A stretch of 25,089 nt of DNA from Myxococcota bacterium (lineage in GTDB: Bacteria > Myxococcota_A > UBA796 > GCA-2862545). A program made the translations under genes and the position numbers. Below the pieces are notes generated by a model. The model saw only the letters and a program-made list of their open reading frames with translations. It did no database searches and was not told the origin of the DNA. The stretch is from assembly GCA_039208735.1 (NCBI GenBank), contig JBCCQY010000141.1, positions 1-25,089 of the forward strand. Reading direction: 5' to 3'. Shown in pieces: positions 16,650-23,351 of this stretch (positions are counted from its first letter, which is position 1; each line of letters starts with the position of its first letter).

Positions 16650-17474
16650 ATGGGGAACCTAGCGCTACTTGCGTTGGCGCCACTCTCATTGTCAGCCTGC
16701 ACCCTCGAAGCCGAGGGTGAGATCTTCCGCATCGTCGGGAGCAGCCTGAACAGCTCCGAGGACGAGGTGCAGTCGATGCTGGACGTCGGGGAGGAACTCC
16801 ATCCGAAGATTGCCGCACTGCACCCCACCGACATCGTCCTGGACGACGAGATCCGTGTGGAGCTGCATGGCCGTTTCCGCCGGAAGTCGCCTCATCTGGA
16901 TGACGAAGGAACGGTGCACATGTGGCGCTTCTCGGAGGCCGAAGGCGGTTACCGCGCACTGTATGCCCACGAGCTGGTGCATGCCATTGCCTTCGACGAC
17001 CTGGTGGCTCCGGCACTGGAGGCGTCGGACTTCGCGGGCTTCTACCTCGAGGGCTGGGCGGAGTACGTGGCGCTGTTGGTCGATCCGGACAAGACCGGGT
17101 TCCCGCTGTTCGGATACGACGAAGACGTGGTCGTCGGCCACTGGCTTCAGCAAGGAGGGCCGACGCTGGCGGAATACCGCCAGCGACACGACGAGCTGAA
17201 CAAGCGCTGTCAGGGGCAGGCCGACATCCTACGGGCGTCCTGGTTCCGCTACGTGGACCAAGAGCTGGGGCGAGACGTAGTACTGGACCTTGCGGCGGCG
17301 CGAGAGAGCTTCGACCCGGCCCCTGTGGAGCGGGTGCTGGGAGCGCCTCTGGAGCAGGTCGACGCGGATTGGCTCGATTGGGCGACCGCCCGCTACGAAG
17401 CGCACGCCGGCGCCGACGCGGAAGTCGAGGGCTACCTCGGTTCGATGCGCTGGTACGAGCCCTGCCTGGACTGA
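16650..17474 (+). CDS. Gluzincin-like (peptidase MA clan) zinc metallopeptidase lipoprotein (274 aa)
   Basis: AHELVH (HExxH at 16968-16982) with downstream EGWAEY (third-ligand Glu at 17049). Start re-called at ATG 16650 (AGGAGG RBS), giving the signal MGNLALLALAPLSLSAC. Confidence 0.75.
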   Translation: MGNLALLALAPLSLSACTLEAEGEIFRIVGSSLNSSEDEVQSMLDVGEELHPKIAALHPTDIVLDDEIRVELHGRFRRKSPHLDDEGTVHMWRFSEAEGGYRALYAHELVHAIAFDDLVAPALEASDFAGFYLEGWAEYVALLVDPDKTGFPLFGYDEDVVVGHWLQQGGPTLAEYRQRHDELNKRCQGQADILRASWFRYVDQELGRDVVLDLAAARESFDPAPVERVLGAPLEQVDADWLDWATARYEAHAGADAEVEGYLGSMRWYEPCLD

Positions 17475-17730
17475 CAGCCGAGCGTGAAGCGGCATTTCAC
17501 CGGATCCGAGGTCCAGAATACGCGTACTCTGCGCTGGGACCCTCTCCGAACAGAAGGCTGCGATACGCTACGCAGCGAGTCGGTAGTCGTGGTGAACACC
17601 TCCGAGGACGAGGCAGGCGTCCAAGCGCCCCACGCAGCCCTCTGCAGCGACGCTTCAATCGGCGATAACGGAAGCACCCGGCGCCGACATCGCCGCTTCG
17701 TCCAATGACGCGATCAACCCCAGACGTTGC

Positions 17731-20700
17731 TTGACGATTAGCGGTAGACTCCTCCAGGTGGACGACTCGACCCTTCCCCAAACCCTCGACCTTCCGAACA
17801 TTGAGTCGGTGCGAAGGGCCATCGAGCTTGAACGACGCGTGTCGCGCGCGTCGACCCGAATCGAGGTTCGTGAACACATCGTCGTCAACGCCGACGATCG
17901 AATCCACAAACTCGTGGTCGCCTCGGACGAGCCCCTTGCTGAAGACAACGTGTGGATGGGCGGCCGGGTGCGGCACCAGCTCGACGACGGCGGAGAGGGG
18001 TATCCCTGGGTCGGCGAAATCCTTTTCGTCGACCCCATGGAGCACAGCATCTACGTCGCGGTGTACGGCGAGCCACCCTGCGTTGGCCGGGCACGGGTCT
18101 ACCCCCACGACTACCTTCAGGCGCCCTACGATCTCCTCACCGTGCCCCGGTTTCATTTCCTGCAGACACAGTTCCGCAAACGGCTCGTCGCGACGCGCGG
18201 CCAATCTCCGCCCCGCGTCCTGCGGACCGACCACGAACCTTCGGCCTGGAACGCGTCCTGGGGAGCGGTTTGGGGACCTCCCGGCACAGGGAAGACCTAC
18301 ACCCTCGGCCGACAGGTCGCGGCGCTGCTGTCCGATCCGAGCGAGCGCGTGCTCATCGTGTCGACGACCAATCGTGCGACCGATGCAGCGGCGCTCGAAC
18401 TCGCGCGCGCCGTTCGCGACCGAGGGATCCGGCTGGATGTGGTTCGTCGGGTGGGACGGGTGGTGCGACCCGACGCCTTTCTTCCGGACTTCGAAAAGAT
18501 TCTCCCCACTCGCGATCCCGAGCTGTTGGATGAGCTGCGGGCCGTTCAGTCTGCGCTGCGGACCGCCAAAGGGGAACACCGCGCTGAGCTCGAGCAACAA
18601 CGTAGTCAGCTGATGAGCCGCCTTCCCGGTCTGCGGCAGGCGATGCCGGACCCGTCGCTTCGAGCCGTGGTGTCCACCCTTCACGCCGCACTACGCCTCG
18701 TGGTCCATGAGGACACCGTCCGACGCTTGGAGAACGGTGAACCACCCTTTACCACCGTGGTCATCGATGAGGCGGGTCTCGTCGGTCGCGCGCTGGTGGC
18801 CGTGACCGCCCTGCTCGCCGAACGTCGGGTGGTCCTCGTTGGCGACCCGCAGCAACTCTCGCCCATCGCTAGAGCGGCGCGGTCGATGCCCCGGCCCGTG
18901 ATGGACTGGGTGGCGAGTTCGGCTTTGGCCCACCTCCGCGTCGATGGGCATGGGCCCGAGGTCCAACTCCTCAACGAGCAGCGACGGATGCATCCCGACA
19001 TCCGCGAAGCCGTGAGCCAGCTGATGTACGCGGGACAACTACGGGACAGCGAGGACGTTGCGAACCGTCCCTGCCGGTTGGGACCGGAACTCTCCAGACT
19101 TCCTCGAATGATCTGGTACGTGCTCGACGAAGACCCCACAATCACCTCGATCGAGCGGAGCAGTGGGGCCGCGCAGGGCCGTTCGCGAGTCCGCAAGGGC
19201 ACCCTCAAGGTACTCGAGGCGCTGTTTGGCGCGCATCCGAGACTCGCCGAGCTGGACGGCCTCTTCATCTCGCCGTACCGAGCGCAGGCTCGCACGGCGC
19301 GCGCGTGGCTCGCAGAGAAGGGGGCCCAGGGGTGGCGCGCATCGACGGTGCACGCCGAGCAGGGCGCCCAGGCAACGGTCGTGGTCTTCGACACCGTACA
19401 CGCATCGAGTAGCGCGTGGCCTCAGCACGAGTGGCAGCGGCTCCTGAACGTCGGCCTGTCCCGCGCCCAGCATCTGTGTGTCCTGGTCGCTACCCGAGAC
19501 GAACTCGGGCAGCCGTGGATGCGTTCGATCCGCCCCCACCTGGCCCCCCGCGTCCTCGCTCGGGGCGCTCGAGGTTGGCAGTGGCGAACCGTGGATGCCG
19601 AGGTCCGCCAGGAGAACCTCTTCGCAGTCCAAGTGGGGATGTCGAACCTTGAAGAGGGTCCGCCAGAGGCGAACACGACGCTCGGCGCCCAAATCGAACG
19701 ACGTCGTCAGATGAGGCCGCTGCTCAGCGTCGAGCAGCGAAGGTTGGTCGATCGGAAGCTCTCGGATCCGGGCCCCCGACTCGTGCGTGGGGTGGCCGGA
19801 AGTGGCAAGACGTTCGTGCTCGCGCATTGGGCCGTCCGGGCGCTGCAAGGACTCGCAGTCGAGCGCGTGGTCATCGTCTACGCCAACGAGGCCCTCGCAC
19901 CGCTGCTGCTCGAGATGCTCGCCGACGCCTGGGAAGGCCTGGTCGGGGGTGGGCTTCCCATCGCCCGGGTACGCCTGCTTCACATCCGCAAACTCCTCGC
20001 TGACCTGACCCGGGAGCTTGGGCTTCCGCCGACCGAGGACTCCTACGACTTCGAACTCCAAGCCACCCAGATCCTCGAACACGGCGGACTCGACCGTCGC
20101 TTCGAATGCGTCCTCATCGACGAAACCCAGGACATCGGGCATGCTCCGCTGCAGGTCCTCCTGAGCATGGTGAGGCCGCTGCACGACGCGCTTCCGGTGA
20201 TGGTGTTCTACGACAACGCCCAAAACATCTACCAACGGCCGCCTCCGAAGTGGTCGGAACTCGGACTCGACCTCAAAGGCCGCTCCGATGTGATGCGCGA
20301 GAGCTTTCGCTCGACCCGGCCGATCACCGAAGTCGCGCTCAACGTGCTCGATCGCATCCTTCCGCTTCGCGGCGACCCCGACTTCCGGGAACTCATGCGG
20401 CCTCATCAAGGCGTACCGCTCCTCCAGGTCGACGAGGCGGGCTGGTGGCAGGCCAGATTCTGCGTTGTTGACGGCGAGCAACCAACGGTGGAGCTGTTCG
20501 AAAGCTGGGACGAGGAGGTCGAGGCTCTGTGCGCCACGGTCGAGCACTGGCTCGTCGAGGAGCAGGTCCGCCCTGGAGACATCCGCATCCTGGCTCCTCA
20601 GAAGGCGCTGGTCCAAGACGTTGCGCGCAGGCTCAACGACCGTGTCCGCGCCGAAGTCGTGGAACGACGAACCAAAGGCTTCGCGGGAACCGACCACTGC

Positions 20701-20937
20701 ATCGTGGTCACGACGCCGCACTCCTTCAAGGGCTACGACGCCGAGATCGTAGTGGTCATCGCCGCGGACCGCTTCGTCGGAGGCGACCGGCCACTCGGCT
20801 CGACGCTGTATGTGGCGCTCACCCGCGCGAGGACCGTGCTTCGCGTCACGGGATGCCGTCGGGGCAACCGAATTCTGGTCGACGCACTCGAAGCAACCCG
20901 ACGCACGCTCAGCGGTGGGTATCCAGACCGACCTTGA
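17731..20937 (+). CDS. Tandem double SF1 helicase: Upf1/DNA2-like (AAA_11/AAA_12) core fused to a UvrD-like core
   Basis: Core 1: GPPGTGKT (18274-18297), VSTTNRATD, IDEAG, GDPQQLSP, QRRMHPDI, ISPYRAQ, TVHAEQG, NVGLSRA. Core 2: LSVEQ, GVAGSGKT (19789-19812), IDETQD, YDNAQNIY, ESFRST, TPHSFKGYD, YVALTRAR. The start codon (TTG 17731) is uncertain. Confidence 0.9.
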   Translation: MTISGRLLQVDDSTLPQTLDLPNIESVRRAIELERRVSRASTRIEVREHIVVNADDRIHKLVVASDEPLAEDNVWMGGRVRHQLDDGGEGYPWVGEILFVDPMEHSIYVAVYGEPPCVGRARVYPHDYLQAPYDLLTVPRFHFLQTQFRKRLVATRGQSPPRVLRTDHEPSAWNASWGAVWGPPGTGKTYTLGRQVAALLSDPSERVLIVSTTNRATDAAALELARAVRDRGIRLDVVRRVGRVVRPDAFLPDFEKILPTRDPELLDELRAVQSALRTAKGEHRAELEQQRSQLMSRLPGLRQAMPDPSLRAVVSTLHAALRLVVHEDTVRRLENGEPPFTTVVIDEAGLVGRALVAVTALLAERRVVLVGDPQQLSPIARAARSMPRPVMDWVASSALAHLRVDGHGPEVQLLNEQRRMHPDIREAVSQLMYAGQLRDSEDVANRPCRLGPELSRLPRMIWYVLDEDPTITSIERSSGAAQGRSRVRKGTLKVLEALFGAHPRLAELDGLFISPYRAQARTARAWLAEKGAQGWRASTVHAEQGAQATVVVFDTVHASSSAWPQHEWQRLLNVGLSRAQHLCVLVATRDELGQPWMRSIRPHLAPRVLARGARGWQWRTVDAEVRQENLFAVQVGMSNLEEGPPEANTTLGAQIERRRQMRPLLSVEQRRLVDRKLSDPGPRLVRGVAGSGKTFVLAHWAVRALQGLAVERVVIVYANEALAPLLLEMLADAWEGLVGGGLPIARVRLLHIRKLLADLTRELGLPPTEDSYDFELQATQILEHGGLDRRFECVLIDETQDIGHAPLQVLLSMVRPLHDALPVMVFYDNAQNIYQRPPPKWSELGLDLKGRSDVMRESFRSTRPITEVALNVLDRILPLRGDPDFRELMRPHQGVPLLQVDEAGWWQARFCVVDGEQPTVELFESWDEEVEALCATVEHWLVEEQVRPGDIRILAPQKALVQDVARRLNDRVRAEVVERRTKGFAGTDHCIVVTTPHSFKGYDAEIVVVIAADRFVGGDRPLGSTLYVALTRARTVLRVTGCRRGNRILVDALEATRRTLSGGYPDRP

Positions 20938-20980
20938 CTGTACGGAGTAGCTAGGACAGGGATTCGACCACCGTGATCGG

Positions 20981-21054
20981 CGAGCGGCAAAAGAAAATCG
21001 CTCGGGGTTGTGATTTTCCGGAGCCTGGCCGGAAGAAGAAGCAGCCCCGAGGAG
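20981..21054 (+). promoter_or_regulatory. Structured leader / operator upstream of the wHTH gene
   Basis: CTCGGGGTTG (21001-21010) pairs with CAGCCCCGAG (21042-21051) with one G.U. Inner stem TTCCGG/CCGGAA (21016-21021/21029-21034). The 3' arm overlaps the GAGGAG RBS (21049-21054). There is also a GAAAATC-N12-GATTTTC palindrome (20993-21018). Confidence 0.4.
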
Positions 21055-21058
21055 ACGC

Positions 21059-21490
21059 ATGGATCTGCTGCTGTCCAACGCCCCGGCATCGCTCTATCGA
21101 TTCGGTCCTTTCGAACTGCGGCCTCGCGATGGCCTGCTTCTCAAGGAAGGCCGTTGTGTCAAGCTCCAGCCCAAGGCCGCCCACGCCCTCGGTCTGCTCG
21201 CGGGGCGACCTCGCATTCTGATTGCGCGGAGTGTCTTGAAAAAGGCTCTGTGGCCCGGGGTCTTCGTGACCGACAATTCGCTCGTCCAGGTCATCGCACG
21301 GGTTCGGCGCGCGCTCGACGACACCGCCCGCCCCCATCGCTACGTGCGGACCGTGAGTGGACGTGGGTATTGCTTCATCGGTGAGGTGGTGGCCAGCCTG
21401 GGTCCGTCGACCGAACCCGACCGACCACCCGTCGCAAAGCTCGCGGACTGGTTGCGGAGGGTCGCCGATACGTTGGACGCCAGCCTGTGA
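21059..21490 (+). CDS. Stand-alone CadC/OmpR-type winged-helix (Trans_reg_C) DNA-binding protein
   Basis: YRFGPFEL...VKLQPK...ALWPGVFVTDNSLVQVIARVRRALDD...YVRTVSGRGYCF. GAGGAG RBS. Only a short C-terminal helix follows, with no receiver or sensor domain. Confidence 0.88.
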   Translation: MDLLLSNAPASLYRFGPFELRPRDGLLLKEGRCVKLQPKAAHALGLLAGRPRILIARSVLKKALWPGVFVTDNSLVQVIARVRRALDDTARPHRYVRTVSGRGYCFIGEVVASLGPSTEPDRPPVAKLADWLRRVADTLDASL

Positions 21491-21536
21491 TCGAAGCGCG
21501 GAGGAGCCTCACTTCGAGAATCGTCGCGCTCGTTAA

Positions 21537-22175
21537 GTGGGCCGGACGAGGGCTCCTTTGGTCGACCCGGAAGACGAACACGCCATCATCCGTGAACAAC
21601 AGCAGGTTTGGGCGGGAAAGGTCGAACCTCGGGCTGAACTCGTGCGTCGGGTCAATGCATTGTTCGACCGGCATCGGGACCGCATCCGAGGCTACTGTCG
21701 CACATGGGTGGACGATGCGGCAAAGGCAGACGAACTTGCAAATGACGTGCTGCTCACCGCCTGGCGTCGTCTTCCCGACTACGACTTTTCCAGCACGTTC
21801 GTGAACTGGCTATACGGCATCGCTCGCTTCACCTGCATGCGGGCTCCCAAGGAGCGCCAAGCGTTCCTCTTTCTCGATGAAGTGCTCGAGCCGTCCGACC
21901 CCGCGGCATCGGTCTGGCGGCTCTGTCGTCGCGACGAACGAAGGGAACTCCTGCTTGCAGCCATCGAACAGCTCACCGACCTTGAACAGGAAGCCTTGTT
22001 CCTACGCTATTTCGAGGATGCGCCGGTGGATCGAATCACCGAACTGCTGGGGCTCAAAGGCCGGACCGGCGCTCGTGGCCTGTTGCAAGGGTGTCGGCGC
22101 CACCTCAGAAAACGCCTGCTCGAAGTCATGACCGAACGAGGGCTTGGAACCTCGTTCTGGCGGTCAACAAGATAG
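21537..22175 (+). CDS. ECF-type sigma-70 factor
   Basis: Region 2: LFDRHRDRIRGYC...ADELANDVLLTAWRRLPDY...FVNWLYGIARF. Region 4: AIEQLTDLEQEALFLRYFEDAPVDRITELLG. The start (GTG 21537) is uncertain. Confidence 0.85.
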   Translation: MGRTRAPLVDPEDEHAIIREQQQVWAGKVEPRAELVRRVNALFDRHRDRIRGYCRTWVDDAAKADELANDVLLTAWRRLPDYDFSSTFVNWLYGIARFTCMRAPKERQAFLFLDEVLEPSDPAASVWRLCRRDERRELLLAAIEQLTDLEQEALFLRYFEDAPVDRITELLGLKGRTGARGLLQGCRRHLRKRLLEVMTERGLGTSFWRSTR

Positions 22176-22202
22176 CTTAGTGCCGCCTTATGCAGGGGAT
22201 CT

Positions 22203-23351
22203 GTGATGTTAATGATGATCGGGCTCAGCGGGTTGTTCACCGGGTGCACCGCGGCAGTTCCGGAGGAGGCGGCAGCCACGAGGGAAGTGCCAGCCGCAGA
22301 AGAGGTCGACCATGTCGTCGTGCTGCTTGGAATGGCGGAAAGCGAGGATGGCCTCGCCTACGACACCGTCGATCATGAACTGTGGGAAGCGTCCTTTGGC
22401 AACGCGACCATCACGACGCTTCAAGCTCCGGCGGCAACGCTCGTCGAAGAGACGGCCGACCGGCTCGCCGGACTGGTTCAAGGCGCGGCCTTCCCGCTGA
22501 TTGTCCTCGATCCATGTGCGCGCACGCGTCAGCTGCAATTCCAGCTCGACCCCAGCCGTTTCCTTGGCTGCATCGGCGCGGGCATTGGCGCGGTGCCAGG
22601 GGCCCAGGACATCGGATGCTCCGAGTTGGAGACCTACTCGCCTCCCCCATGCCCGATCGGTCAGCGCTTCCGGCCCGATGGGGAAGTCGACGAAACCACC
22701 TGGGGCATCACCAATGGCCATGGCGTGCTTGTCGACGCGTCAGGGGAAGGCTCGCCTCCCGGCACCGCGGGACGGGAAGGCCAGGGGTTTGGCGCCTATG
22801 AACTCAATCGGTCCGATGGCGAAACCTCGCGCCTCATCGGTCAGCTCTGGTATCGGTCCGCGACCCACGAAGTCCGGACAGGAAGCGCTGGACCGACTCC
22901 GCCATCCAGAAAGAACGCAGACAATTGGCGGTTCGAAACTCCTGCTGCGGCATGGCCTCCACGCTTCAAGATGGTGGCGCGTTGGGGTGAGGGGTTCCGG
23001 CGTACAACCTGGACGACGGGGTGGACGGCGCTCGAGCATGCGCGGTTCCAGCCGCAAAGCCCCGGCGATGCCGATGTGTCTTCGTTCGAGCACGTGTACG
23101 AACTGCGGCGGTCCGGCACCACGATCGGGGCGGTTGCGGTGGACCTCGTCGCGGGCGACATCGCGAGGCCCTCGCGGGTCTGGTGGTACGCCGACACGGC
23201 GCACCTCACGAAGGGCTTGCTGCGGCCGACGCTCGACCCCGCCACAAAGGAACCCATCGCCTGGGAGTGGATTCGCAAGGATGGAGCAGCGCGCGATGCC
23301 TTTCCGATCCGCGCGGCATGGCACATCGCAAAGACACCGCCTAGTCCGTAA
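22203..23351 (+). CDS. Hypothetical protein, probable lipoprotein
   Basis: 382-codon ORF filling the gap between the sigma gene and the convergent kinase. N-terminus MLMMIGLSGLFTGC (lipobox FTGC), with AGGGGA upstream. No family recognised. The exact start among 22203-22215 is uncertain. Confidence 0.6.
   Translation: MMLMMIGLSGLFTGCTAAVPEEAAATREVPAAEEVDHVVVLLGMAESEDGLAYDTVDHELWEASFGNATITTLQAPAATLVEETADRLAGLVQGAAFPLIVLDPCARTRQLQFQLDPSRFLGCIGAGIGAVPGAQDIGCSELETYSPPPCPIGQRFRPDGEVDETTWGITNGHGVLVDASGEGSPPGTAGREGQGFGAYELNRSDGETSRLIGQLWYRSATHEVRTGSAGPTPPSRKNADNWRFETPAAAWPPRFKMVARWGEGFRRTTWTTGWTALEHARFQPQSPGDADVSSFEHVYELRRSGTTIGAVAVDLVAGDIARPSRVWWYADTAHLTKGLLRPTLDPATKEPIAWEWIRKDGAARDAFPIRAAWHIAKTPPSP

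Noticed and set aside
17486..17699. GAAGCGGC / GCCGCTTC inverted repeat bracketing the region upstream of the helicase, with small internal hairpins (possible ncRNA or MITE)
   Set aside because: Only 8 bp and GC-rich, with no target-site duplication, no second copy in the window and no recognisable RNA family.
6327..17730. Integron cassette array explaining the string of unrelated stand-alone genes
   Set aside because: Genes lie on both strands, no repeated attC-like RYYYAAC...GTTRRRY structures were found between them, and no integrase is present.
20950..20975. GGGATTCGACC resembles the reverse complement of a tRNA T-loop (possible att-site remnant)
   Set aside because: One base of TTCGAA is missing, the T-stem arms do not pair, and no acceptor stem or CCA is present.
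19039..21078. 679-aa minus-strand ORF, and similar long antisense ORFs at 2520-3845, 4569-5924, 7837-9342, 15376-16404 and 17497-18684
   Set aside because: They lie antisense to well-supported genes and have no recognisable motifs. Long shadow ORFs are expected from high-GC codon bias.
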